This document shows positions 9,113 through 18,371 of a stretch of 64,000 bases of DNA, piece after piece (the stretch's first letter is position 1; every line of letters starts with the position of its first letter). The notes under the pieces are model-generated. The model saw nothing but the letters and a program-made list of their open reading frames with translations, was not told the origin of the DNA and searched no databases. This DNA comes from an uncultured bacterium (GTDB taxonomy: Bacteria; Krumholzibacteriota; Krumholzibacteriia; LZORAL124-64-63). The position numbers and the translations under genes were made by a program. The DNA is taken from the NCBI GenBank assembly GCA_963772145.1, contig CAVYVY010000025.1, positions 165,315 to 229,314 on the forward strand, read 5' to 3'.

Positions 9113-10843
9113 TCAGCGCCGGCGCTGCTCTCCGTTATCTTCCTGGCCGCCCTTGGTGCGGCCTCCGCCACTCGCCGGGCGCGCGGTGCTCGGACCGCCC
9201 CCGGCACGCGCCGAGGGGGGCGATGCCGGGCGGTCCTCGCGGCGCAGCGCCGGCGCGGGCCGGTCGGTCGACGAGGGACGATCATCGCCACGGACCGCCT
9301 GTCCGCGCGCGGCTTCGGGCGCCCGAGTCTCTCCGCTCCCGTCCCTCACCCGCGAGGGCTCCGTGTCGCGTCCACGGCGGGATTCGGGCGCCGCCCGCTC
9401 GCCCCGCTCTGTGGTCGACCCGCCCCGTCCGCCCGACCAGATACGAGCGACGGGCTTGCGTGGATCGAGCGGTCTGATGGCGCCACGGTCAGTAGCGCCA
9501 CGCGCCGCGGACACCGGCCGCGCGGGGCTGAGCCGCTCGTCCCCGGGCCGCACCGGCGTGCGCACCCGGCCGCCCCGTACCTGATCTTCACGCACGCGCA
9601 GACCGCCTTCGCGAGCGTCACGAACCGGGGCCTCGCGGAAGGTTACCGGCTGGCGCAGGTCGGGGGCTACGTTCGCGAAGTCCCCGCGTCCGCCGCCCCC
9701 GCCCCCCTGCACGCGGGCCCCATCACGGTCGAGCTTCGTACGGGTGCGCAGGACCTCTTCCACGTCGCGCGGCGGACGCGCCTCGCGGACGAACGGTGTG
9801 GAACGCGCGATCTGCTTCTGCCGCCAGCGTTCGTCACGGATATCGCGCTTGTCGAGCGGCGAGTAGCGCCGATCACCCGACTTCCAGCGGCTCCAGGCGT
9901 CATCATGCCAGTAGGGCGAATAGTTCCAGACGTAGCAACTGAACGGCCAGTCGTACACCGCGTAGCCCGGCCAGTCATACCAGGGAGTGTACCAGTAGTT
10001 GATCCACGGCCGCGAACTCCAGGGATCGACATAGTAGTAGGCCGGGTACTGGTAGACCGGGTAATAGCCGAAACGGACGTACCAGCGGTTGGACCAGTCG
10101 TAGTCGTGATGAATCGCGATCGTGCAGCTCGCACCGTAAGGATCGTAGTTCTCGCCGGCGTGGCACTGACCGCACAGGTAGCGGGGATGCTCCACCTGGC
10201 GCTCGACGAAGTAGCTGACGTAGTTCGTCACGACGAAGTCCTCGGCGTTTTCCAGGCGGGTGATCGCGTGATTGACCTCGTTCATCGCCAGGAAAGGATC
10301 GCCAGCCACCGCGTAGCGATAATCTTCGTCCGCTGGCTCGTGATGAAAGTCCACCTCGATATCCCGCAGGTCGAAGGGGTACAGGGAGACCACGGCTTCG
10401 ACATACTCTACTCCCGGCTCGGAACCGGCGCGCAGGCGGGGTGCCCCGGCGGCCGGCAGGCTGTACTGATGACGGCCGAAGACAAAGCCGTCGTCGAGCC
10501 GGCTGCGTGGCCAGAGGATGGTGACCCCGCCATCGGAGTCGATGCGGTAGACGACGGCGTAGGCGTCCTGGTTCGCCTCGAAAGCGATGTTGATCTGTTC
10601 GCCCCGGCGGTACGTATCGCCGTCGCCGCGACCCTGCGTAATATTCACGCGCAGCGGCTGGTTCTCGTAGCCGGTCCAGCTCGGTCCGGCGCCATCGTCG
10701 GGCGGATTCGCCGCGGGGTTCGCCGCGCCGGCAAGGGGGATCAGCAGCAGCGCGACGAGCAGCAGGGAGAGCCGCGCCGACCCGTGACGGGTCCGGGCTA
10801 CTCCGCCCATGCCACGATGAGTGCGATATCCCTGATGTTCCAT
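9113..10843 (-). CDS. secreted hypothetical protein (576 aa): DUF4384-like N-terminal domain, CXXCH motif, extreme Tyr/Trp-rich segment, RGD, long Arg/Asp/Glu-rich disordered tail
   Basis: ATG at 10843 has a GAGGAGG RBS. Signal peptide LSLLLVALLLIPLAGAA. YAVVYRIDSDGGVTILWP resembles DUF4384. CGQCHAGENYDPYGASCTIAIHH follows, then ~70 aa with >45% Y/W (WYVRFGYYPVYQYPAYYYVDPW...). The last ~250 aa are R/D/E/G/P-rich with GGGGGGRGDF. Confidence 0.6.
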   Translation of the reverse strand: MEHQGYRTHRGMGGVARTRHGSARLSLLLVALLLIPLAGAANPAANPPDDGAGPSWTGYENQPLRVNITQGRGDGDTYRRGEQINIAFEANQDAYAVVYRIDSDGGVTILWPRSRLDDGFVFGRHQYSLPAAGAPRLRAGSEPGVEYVEAVVSLYPFDLRDIEVDFHHEPADEDYRYAVAGDPFLAMNEVNHAITRLENAEDFVVTNYVSYFVERQVEHPRYLCGQCHAGENYDPYGASCTIAIHHDYDWSNRWYVRFGYYPVYQYPAYYYVDPWSSRPWINYWYTPWYDWPGYAVYDWPFSCYVWNYSPYWHDDAWSRWKSGDRRYSPLDKRDIRDERWRQKQIARSTPFVREARPPRDVEEVLRTRTKLDRDGARVQGGGGGGRGDFANVAPDLRQPVTFREAPVRDAREGGLRVREDQVRGGRVRTPVRPGDERLSPARPVSAARGATDRGAIRPLDPRKPVARIWSGGRGGSTTERGERAAPESRRGRDTEPSRVRDGSGETRAPEAARGQAVRGDDRPSSTDRPAPALRREDRPASPPSARAGGGPSTARPASGGGRTKGGQEDNGEQRRR

Positions 10844-10889
10844 GTCACGCCTCCTCGCCGGCCCTTCAGCCGACCTCGCCATGCAGTCC

Positions 10890-11771
10890 CTAGAAACTCA
10901 TCACTTCGGCGACGACTCCCGTGCGAGACGGCGCCGGCATTGCCTTCAGCTCCCGATTGTCGGCAGCGATCTGATACGCCCAGTCAACAGTGATCGAGCC
11001 CGTGATGCCGTCAAGATCCATGACCGCGATCTTCGCGTAGTGATAGGTGGAAGTGCCGACGCGCACGACATAGGCATGGCCCCGAATCGCCTCGACCCGT
11101 CGCGCGACCGTCCAGCCCTCGAGGGGAGCGTAGCTGAGCAGATCGAGGTCGATGAAGCCCGAGTCGGTCATCACGTTGCCGTAGTCCTGCAGTTCGACAT
11201 CACTGCGCGCGGCGTAGACGAAAGGGACATCTCCGGACCACTCGACAAAGATGTCGGCCGTGGCATCCGCAGCCGGGACACGCAGGGCGCGGCTGAAGTC
11301 GAAGCCGCTGGCGGCCGGCGTGATGAGGCGGTCGAAGAGATCGACATCGAACCCCTCGGGACGCGGCGTGTCGAGCACGACCTCGAAGCTGAGCTCGCTC
11401 TCATTCCCCGCACCGTCGTACGAAGCGACCGCGTACTCATAGGTCAGGCCGTTCGTGACCGGTTCGTCCACGAAATGGTGCAGGCCGGTGGTCTGATCCC
11501 AATTCTCGTCCCAGGCAAGGTCGGCAAGATGCTCGAATTCGCCGTCGGCGTTGTCATCCCGATAAACGGCGTAGCCCGCCAGATCGCTCTGGTAGATGTC
11601 GTTCCACAACACGGTGATACGGCCGTCGCCGGTGACACTGTACACTCCGGTCGGCACCGCGGGGGGATCACGATCCACGCACTCGATGCAATCCTCTTCG
11701 GAACAGCCGCCGAGCCAGAACGCCACCGCCAGGGGCAGGATCGCCAGAGTCACCGCCTGCGCCATCTTCAT
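10890..11771 (-). CDS. lipoprotein with fibronectin type III-like domain
   Basis: ATG AAG ATG at 11771 has a GGAGG RBS. Lipobox LAVAFWLGGC. FN3-like strand pattern (YAVYRDDNADGEFEHL...GLTYEYAVASYDGAGNES). Confidence 0.6.
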   Translation of the reverse strand: MKMAQAVTLAILPLAVAFWLGGCSEEDCIECVDRDPPAVPTGVYSVTGDGRITVLWNDIYQSDLAGYAVYRDDNADGEFEHLADLAWDENWDQTTGLHHFVDEPVTNGLTYEYAVASYDGAGNESELSFEVVLDTPRPEGFDVDLFDRLITPAASGFDFSRALRVPAADATADIFVEWSGDVPFVYAARSDVELQDYGNVMTDSGFIDLDLLSYAPLEGWTVARRVEAIRGHAYVVRVGTSTYHYAKIAVMDLDGITGSITVDWAYQIAADNRELKAMPAPSRTGVVAEVMSF

Positions 11772-11850
11772 CTCTTCCTCCCTCACTTCGGCCGTCGCCG
11801 CCAGCCCCGCGCCGCGCCAGTGATGTGTCCCGGCCGAACCCGGATGTATC

Positions 11851-11865
11851 GCAGACATCGTGCCA
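11851..11865 (-). promoter_or_regulatory. sigma54-type promoter candidate P2 (TGGCACG-N4-CTGC)
   Basis: Minus strand reads TGGCACG ATGT CTGC G, a perfect -24 heptamer with the -12 GC correctly spaced. Predicted TSS is ~68 nt upstream of the FN3-lipoprotein ATG at 11771. Confidence 0.45.
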
Positions 11866-12159
11866 GGCTCACGCCCCCGCCGCGGATCGGGGATCGCACG
11901 ACGCCGTGCCGTGCGCGGCGGAGGAATGCCTCAGCATAAATTATTTGATTCGAGGATCTTGATTGCAGAGCCGGCCCTCGCCCGAAGGGTGGGAGTGGAC
12001 GACTCCCGCCAGTCGGCGTGCACCCGCGATGGGCGACACCGTCCCGGTTGTGCTCAACAGAGTCCAGCGGATCTCCGGGAGTAGACGCGGAACGGGCCGG
12101 GAAGTGGATGGCGCACGGCGGTGGGGAGCAGGCTGAATGCCGGTCCGGCGAGGCGGAAA

Positions 12160-12266
12160 AACGAGGAAAGAGCCCGCCGGGGTCCCGGCACGACCGACCT
12201 TGAATCTCGCCAATTCAAGGCCGGCCCGGCTCTTCCCTCGCATCGCCACATGCCTGACTGGTCAGG
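12160..12266. other. nested stable inverted repeats inside the AT-rich non-coding region (candidate structured RNA / leader)
   Basis: CGAGGAAAGAGCC (12162-12174) pairs with GGCTCTTCCCTCG (12228-12240), a ~13-bp helix with one mismatch. It encloses an 8-bp hairpin CCTTGAAT...ATTCAAGG (12198-12220). GCCTGAC-TG-GTCAGGC lies at 12251-12266. No conserved RNase P, tmRNA or SRP motifs were recognised. Confidence 0.2.
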
Positions 12267-12511
12267 CTTTGAATGAAACTTCGGGGAGGGATCCGTTCCG
12301 CCGGTTCTCTCTACTCTGCCCGATCGGTCCTCAAGACCCCACCTCTCAAGAACCCACAGGCAGAACCCACGAAGAGAACCTCCTCTTCCAGCCGGTAAGC
12401 AGTGAGGATCGCGGACCCGGATTTCCCTCCCCAAATTCTGCCGCCCCAGCGGCCTGGACCATGAGAAGCGGCTGTTTCCCTGCAACGAGAGCCCCTTCAG
12501 ATGCCATGTAC

Positions 12512-12527
12512 AGCACTCCGCGTGCCA
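12512..12527 (-). promoter_or_regulatory. sigma54-type promoter candidate P1 (TGGCACG-N4-GTGC)
   Basis: Minus strand reads TGGCACG CGGA GTGC T. Predicted TSS ~12501 would transcribe into the ~700-nt AT-rich non-coding region toward the downstream surface-protein genes. Confidence 0.4.
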
Positions 12528-12748
12528 CGGACGGCTTCGTTTGAAGAATCTTAAGTTATTGCAGAAACGCCATTTACATATTATGAGGAGGTATCCATCG
12601 GAGGACGGGAGCCGTGATTGATTCAATCGTTGACAGTCGGGGGCCTGCCCTCGCAAGTCGTTGATATAATGCTGTTTAATGTATTAAAATAATTTACAGG
12701 CGTCGGACCGCACATGGCCCGTGGTTACAAAAGGAGGGCAGGCGCGCG

Positions 12749-15700
12749 TCAGGAAGTCTGAAGACCGTAGAAACGGATCTTCTTGAGCAGATTGGGGTAG
12801 CTGATCTCCAGCATCCGGGCGGTCTCCGACTTGTTCCCTCGCGTCAGGCGGAGGGTTTCGGCGATCTCCCGGCATTCGACCGTCGCCAGAGTCTCGCGCA
12901 GCGGAGCCGGTCGACCAACCTTCCCCGCTGGCCGTCCCGCGCCGATCTCGTGCGGCAGATGCTCCGGCTTGAGAACACGCTCCTCCTGGGCCAGGACGAT
13001 CGCCCTCCGGACCGACTTCTCCAGCTCGCGGATGTTGCCGGGCCAGTCGTGCGCCACCAGCGCATCCATGAACGAGGAGGTGTATCCGGGGGGCGCAATC
13101 CCCAGTTCCCCGGCAAAGCGTTCGATGAAATGGTGCACGAGCAGCTGGATGTCATCGCGACGGGTGCGCAGCGGTGGTACAACGAGCGGAAAATCGAGCA
13201 ACCGGTAGAAAAGATCCTGGAGGAAAAGCCCGCGTTCCGTCAGGTCGTGGAGATCAGACTTGCTGGCGCAGATGATGCGCACATCGACCTGACGCTCCTG
13301 GTTGGAGCCGACCGGCCGGATGATCCTGGTGTCCAGGAACTGAAGCAGTTTGCCCTGCATGCTAAGCGGCATCTTCCCGATTTCGTCCAGGAAGACGGTT
13401 CCCCCCTCGGCCTCCGCCAGCAGCCCGCGCTTGTCGCCGATCGCCCCGGTGAAGCTGCCCTTGACGTGTCCGAACAACTCGCTTTCCAGCAGTGTTTCGG
13501 GAATCGCCGCGCAGTTGATCGCCAGGAAGCGCCCGCCGTGCCGCCGGCTGAGCGCGTGGACGGCCTGAGCCAGCAGCCCCTTGCCGGTGCCGGTCTCGCC
13601 GGTCAGCAGGACAGTGAGATCGCTGGGAGCCACCTTGCGAATGAGGGCGAGCAGTTCAAGCATCTGCTCGTTTTCGGTGATGACCTGATCGAAACTGGCG
13701 GTCTCGCCTGATGGCGCCACCGGCACAACAGGCTCGCCAGGCAGACGTCCCCGCCCCTTCTCGAACAGGAACAGGGCGAGAAAGCCCATGTAGGTGGCCA
13801 GGAAGTCGAGCGCGGGGCGCCCAAAGGCCACCTCACCACCCACGAGGCTGCTGCGTCCGAGGTAGAGGACGCCGAATCGTCTGCCCTCGAGCGTGATCGG
13901 CATGAAGAGACACCCGGCCGCCCTGTCCCGGAGCGCCGGCACGGCTGCCAACAGCGGTTCGCCCCCGGCCAGCCGGGAGAAGAGGACGGGGTTCGCCGAA
14001 TCCACGCTGGCGGGGACACTCGCGCGGTACCAGCGCCCGAGTTGATCGGAGAGATTGTCGGAAAGCCCCTCGCGAGCCACCACACGCAGCGGATGTGTTC
14101 CGGCCTCTGCCCAGTCGAGAGCGATGAAACCATGATCGGCGCGTACCCGGTCCATCCCCGCCCGCAGGACCGCCGTGAGATTGCGCGGGATGGAGGCATC
14201 ATGCCAACTGAAGATGCCTGGGATTCCGGAAATCGCCTGGAGATGGTTCTCGGTGCTCCCAATGTCGCCGAGCAGAGCGCGTTCGATGCGTCCGCGCAGA
14301 TCGCTGATCGCGAGACTGAGCCCGGCATCGCCCAGCCCGCCCGCGTTGCGCTCGAGTTCATAGGCCGTCAGCAGCGCGTCGTCGAACTGGCCGAGCCGCA
14401 TCTGCACTTCCGCCAGCCCCTGCTGCAGCCGGCAGAGCAGACGGTCATCGAGCACCGCGCTCCCGCTCTCCTGGGCCTCGCTCAGATAGCGGCGCAACAG
14501 CAGGAATTCCGGCTGGGCGGCCGTGGCAAGCCGGGCATCAAGGAAAGCGAGGATCGCATCGATCCAGAGACGGGGCAGGTTTTGCTGTCGGAACAACTGG
14601 ATCGCGCGCCTGAACTCCGCATCCGCTCCGGCAAAATCTCCCCGGGTCGCGCGGGCGCGACCGAGTGTCAGATGGCAAAATCCCAGTTCGTACTGCTCGC
14701 CGCACTTCTCGCAGACCACCACCGCCGCGAGGCCGGTTTCGATCGCCTGTTCGAGATCGCCCCGCATCCGCTGCGCCTCGGCGATCCGTCGGAGCAGTTC
14801 GCCCTCCAGATCACAGACTTTGCCGATCGTGCGACTCTTGTCGAGACCCAGACTGTAATTGAAGAGCGCCTTGTCTGTCTCGCCGCGCAGCAGCAGGATG
14901 TCCCCCAGGTACTCGTCCGCGATTGTCTCCTCGCGCAGGTACTGCTCCTGTTCAGCCAGGATCTTGCCCTCGAGCACGAACTCCTCGGCTTTGACGAGAC
15001 GTCCCGCACGCATTTCCAGCAGTCCGTAGGCCAGACAGACCTTGGTCTGACGATTCCGGTCACCGAGACTCCGCGCCAGACGCAGGCTGCGGTCGAGATC
15101 CTCGCGCGCTTCGCCCAGACGCCCGGTCTTGCCGAGAATGATGCCGCGATTCAGGTGCAGGCGGGCCAGCAGGTGCGTGGCGCCGTGACGCTGCGCGATG
15201 GCTACGGCCTTCTCGAGGAGATCGAGCGCCCGGTTCCAGCGGCAGGCGTTCTTGTGGAGCAGCCCGAGGTTGTTGTGCAGCGTGGCCGCACCCAGTTCGT
15301 CTCCGATCCGCCGATAACTGGACAGCGCGTCGAGATAAAACTCCTCCGCCTTGTCCAGACGTCCCGAGGCGTTGGTGGCAGGCCCCCATCGTCACCTGCA
15401 GGTTCGCCACCTCCCGATGCTCGTCCGTCACGGCCAGGATGGCGAAGGCGTGCTTGGCGGTCTGCAGGGCGTCGGTGAGCAGGCCCCGCTGGGAAAGGAG
15501 GATGGCCCGTCGGCCCATAAGCGGGGCAAGGAGATGGGCGCGCTCCTCGGCTGTCAGATCGTCGGCAGCGTCGAAGAGCGTGGAAGCGAGTCCAAGGAAC
15601 GATTCCGCAAGATCGAGATCACCGATATTCAGCGCGGCATCGACACTCTTGCGCAGCACCCCGGCCCGGCGGGCCGGGAGAAGCAGCTGCAACGTGGCAC

Positions 15701-15869
15701 CTTCGAGTAGTCGTCGATAGTACTCCAGCGAGGAACTGTAGGCGCAGGCCTGCGCGTGGAGATCCCCGATTTCCTCCAACCGATCGCACTCCTCCGCGTC
15801 GAGCGCGTGGGAACGCCGTGGATATTCCGCCTCCGGCCTGCTGTACCCGTTCGGCTGCTCGCTCATCAA
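12749..15869 (-). CDS. sigma54-dependent transcriptional activator (bacterial enhancer-binding protein) with N-terminal TPR repeats and GAF-like domain; apparent frameshift(s) near 15000-15400
   Basis: AAA+ sigma54-interaction domain (GETGTGKGLLAQAVH, GSFTGA, ESELFGH, arginine-finger region) and C-terminal Fis-type HTH in ORF 12749-15013. The N-terminal TPR region continues in ORF 15060-15869 in another frame. Confidence 0.75.
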
Positions 15870-15950
15870 TCCGTCCCCTGGCGAGTGGGTGGATGGATCA
15901 CTCCCACACTTCCGGCGACTTCGTCACCCGGCCCGTGATCGCCTCAACCG

Positions 15951-16286
15951 CTACGGCAACAGGCGCCGCAGCAGAAGGGTCACCCCACCCACCTTCAGCC
16001 AGAGCAGCACGGCCGCGCCGGCCGACGCAATGGTCACGGTGGATGAGCGGTCTGCCACAGCAAACACGCGATTGCCCTCGATGATGTCGTCGGGATCGCC
16101 ATTCGAGACGCCACCACCCGAACCGCCCCCAAGCACTCCGGTGGTCGGCGGGAGCACCGTCGAGCCGGGCGCGAGGGTCAGATTTCGAGGCTGGATCACG
16201 GTCGCCGCACTTGCCGGAGAAATACCCGAGGCGCCAAAGAGTGTCAGAGCCAGCAGGGTCACGAGGATCCAGCGAAACTTGCTCAT
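15951..16286 (-). CDS. small secreted protein (111 aa) with C-terminal hydrophobic segment plus RR tail
   Basis: ATG at 16286 has a GAGGAG RBS. Signal peptide MSKFRWILVTLLALTLFGASGISPASA. Gly-rich middle. C-terminus ...SAGAAVLLWLKVGGVTLLLRRLLP, a TM-like segment followed by a basic pair, as in tripartite C-terminal sorting signals. Expressed from the strong promoter below. Confidence 0.5.
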   Translation of the reverse strand: MSKFRWILVTLLALTLFGASGISPASAATVIQPRNLTLAPGSTVLPPTTGVLGGGSGGGVSNGDPDDIIEGNRVFAVADRSSTVTIASAGAAVLLWLKVGGVTLLLRRLLP

Positions 16287-16390
16287 ATCGGATCTCCTCA
16301 GCCTTGAGGCCGTGGGGCGGCCCCGCCAGGGAAGCCGCGGGCGAACGGCAACGGACCGCCCACCTCGATCCTCCCGATCAGGCAATCATT

Positions 16391-16419
16391 ATTATAGGTT
16401 AGTTGGTTCTCCCCGTCAA
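16391..16419 (-). promoter_or_regulatory. near-consensus sigma70 promoter TTGACG-N17-TATAAT
   Basis: Minus strand reads TTGACG (16419-16414), a 17-nt spacer, then TATAAT (16396-16391). Sits in an AT-rich patch between the response-regulator stop (16454) and the small-protein ATG (16286). Confidence 0.55.
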
Positions 16420-16453
16420 ATGCCGGAACCGGCCACCCCGCACCCCGAGGCGA

Positions 16454-17818
16454 TCAATCCTGACTGTTGGGCTGGGTTTTCAGGCGATAGCGGGTGATTT
16501 TCTTGTAGAGATTGCTCCGCTGCATTCCCAGCTGTTCTGCCGTTTGGCTGACATTGTAGCGATTCTCCCGCAGCTTCGCCTGCAGGAAAAGCGCCTCCGC
16601 CCGGGCCTTGAAATCCTGGAACTCCTTGCAAGACAACAGATCATCCAACTCCGATCCGACTTCGGGAGCCGGCCGCAACAGAGGCAGATCGACCGGCCGC
16701 ACCACCGGGCCCGGCGCGAGGATCAACAGCCGTTCCACGAGATTGCGCAGTTCGCGGACATTCCCCGGCCAGTTGTGCTCGCGCAACAGGGCCAGCGCTT
16801 CCGGACTGAACTCCCGGGGCAGCGTTTTCAGGTGGGGAGCGAGCATCCGCATGAAGTACTCAAGCAGAAGCGGAATATCATCGCCCCGGTCGCGCAGCGG
16901 CGGCAGATGGATCGCCAGCACGTTGAGCCGGAAGAACAGATCCTGCCGGAAGCCGGAGTCGGGTCGCGCAAGATCACGGTTTGTTGCCGCGACGATGCGC
17001 ACGTCGGTCCGCAGCGTTTCATTGCCACCGACCCTTTCGAAGCGACTTTCTTCGACGGCCTTCAGGACCTTGGCCTGCGCCTCGTCGCTCATGTCGCCGA
17101 TCTCATCGAGGAAGAGCGTGCCGCCATCGGCCTGCTCGAACTTGCCGATGCGCTGGCGCTCCGCGCCCGTGAAGGCCCCCTTCTCATGCCCGAACAGTTC
17201 ACTTTCCACCAGTTCGCGCGGAATGGCGGCACAGTTCACCTCCACGAGCGCCTGTTCGCGCCTGCGGCTCTGCTCGTGCAGCGCTCGGACAACCAGTTCC
17301 TTGCCGGTTCCGTTCTCGCCGGTGATGAGAACGGTCGAGTCGGTGGGGGCGACTTTCCCGATGAAAGAGCGCACCTCGCGCAGTTGGAAACATTCGCCAA
17401 TAAGGGGGTCGCGAAAACCGCCCCGCGCCTTGAGGTCCTCCCTCTCGAAAAGCACGCGCCTGTGCGCCAGGCAGTTCTCCAAAGTAACCAGCAACCTGGA
17501 GCGGTCGGGTGGCTTCTCCAGGAAATCGTAGGCGCCCTTGCGCACCGCTTCCACGGCGGTTTCAATATTGCCGTGTCCGGAGATGACGATCACCGGCGGC
17601 GGCGCCGGCGACTTCGCCATCTGATCGAGCACCTCGAAACCGTCCATGCCCGGCATCTTGATGTCCAGCAGAACGGCGTCGATGCTCTCGCCGGCCAAAG
17701 CCTTCAGGGCGGCGGCGCCCGAAGCGGCCTGCACGACCCGGTATTTCTCATAGGTCAGGATCCGGGCGAGCGCCGTCCGGATGGCGCTTTCGTCGTCAAC
17801 GACGAGGATGGTCCGCAA
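16454..17818 (-). CDS. sigma54-dependent two-component response regulator (NtrC family: REC + AAA+ + Fis HTH)
   Basis: Intact 454 aa. REC domain with VVDDE...D (phospho-acceptor region), GENGTGKELVVRALH Walker A, canonical GAFTGA, C-terminal HTH. TTG start with GAAAGGA RBS. Confidence 0.85.
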   Translation of the reverse strand: MRTILVVDDESAIRTALARILTYEKYRVVQAASGAAALKALAGESIDAVLLDIKMPGMDGFEVLDQMAKSPAPPPVIVISGHGNIETAVEAVRKGAYDFLEKPPDRSRLLVTLENCLAHRRVLFEREDLKARGGFRDPLIGECFQLREVRSFIGKVAPTDSTVLITGENGTGKELVVRALHEQSRRREQALVEVNCAAIPRELVESELFGHEKGAFTGAERQRIGKFEQADGGTLFLDEIGDMSDEAQAKVLKAVEESRFERVGGNETLRTDVRIVAATNRDLARPDSGFRQDLFFRLNVLAIHLPPLRDRGDDIPLLLEYFMRMLAPHLKTLPREFSPEALALLREHNWPGNVRELRNLVERLLILAPGPVVRPVDLPLLRPAPEVGSELDDLLSCKEFQDFKARAEALFLQAKLRENRYNVSQTAEQLGMQRSNLYKKITRYRLKTQPNSQD

Positions 17819-17860
17819 AGCAGGTCCTTTCCCGCAGGAATGCGCCGCCTCGAGGGCGCA

Positions 17861-18220
17861 TCACAGCATCCAGTCTTCGAGCACGCCATGGTCGATCGCC
17901 CGTTCGAAGGGGACAACGGCTGGCGCGATGGTCAGGGGCAGGGCGCCGGCGGCCGGGATCTCACGGCGGATCCAGACCGCCAGCGACGCGAGGGGAGTGC
18001 CGGCGACGATCGGGGCATAGACACGACGGCGGCCCTGACGTCGCGCGGCCAGCCAGCCGCCACGAACCAGCACCGCCAGATGATGCGAAACCAGGGATTG
18101 ACCCAGCCCGGTGGCCGCCATCAGATCGCCGACCGAGAGGGAACGATCGAGCAGCAGGCGCAAGAGGACCAGACGATTCGGATCGCCCAGCGCGAGCAGA
18201 CTTGCGGCCGCCGAGGTCAT
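17861..18220 (-). CDS. ArsR/SmtB-family transcriptional regulator
   Basis: 119 aa with winged HTH pattern LGDPNRLVLLRLL...SVGDL...GLGQSLVSHHLAVL...GWL. Sits directly upstream of, and co-oriented with, the response regulator. Confidence 0.7.
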   Translation of the reverse strand: MTSAAASLLALGDPNRLVLLRLLLDRSLSVGDLMAATGLGQSLVSHHLAVLVRGGWLAARRQGRRRVYAPIVAGTPLASLAVWIRREIPAAGALPLTIAPAVVPFERAIDHGVLEDWML

Positions 18221-18371
18221 CCCTTACCTCATTGCCGAATTGCGTGACGACGATGCGCGTCCTTCGGGCAGCTTGACCGGCGCGACTCGCGGGTGTCAAG
18301 ACAAGATCGACCGCCCGTGCGCGGTCCCGCCACGGCGGGCGCGCGCGCCGCGGTCGCGGCAGAGCAGAACC

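Noticed and set aside
12100-12330. RNase P RNA, tmRNA or SRP RNA in the structured non-coding region
   Set aside because: A GAGGAAAG string is present, but the flanking sequence does not match the P4 (GGAAAGUCCGGGCUCC / ACAGAACCCGGCUUA), tmRNA-end or SRP domain IV (GGUCCGGAAGGAAGCAGC) consensus, so no known ncRNA could be assigned by eye.
12286-12390. Short direct repeats (AGAACCCAC x2, CTCAAGA x2) as a possible CRISPR or mini-satellite
   Set aside because: Only two imperfect 9-nt copies with no regular spacing. No CRISPR array or cas genes are present anywhere in the window.
12054-12656. ORFs 12054-12656 (200 aa) and 12346-12528 (60 aa) inside the AT-rich island
   Set aside because: Translations are low-complexity with no domain and atypical codon composition. 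The region is better explained as non-coding, and the ORFs arise only because AT-rich DNA lacks GC-rich stop-free bias in one frame.
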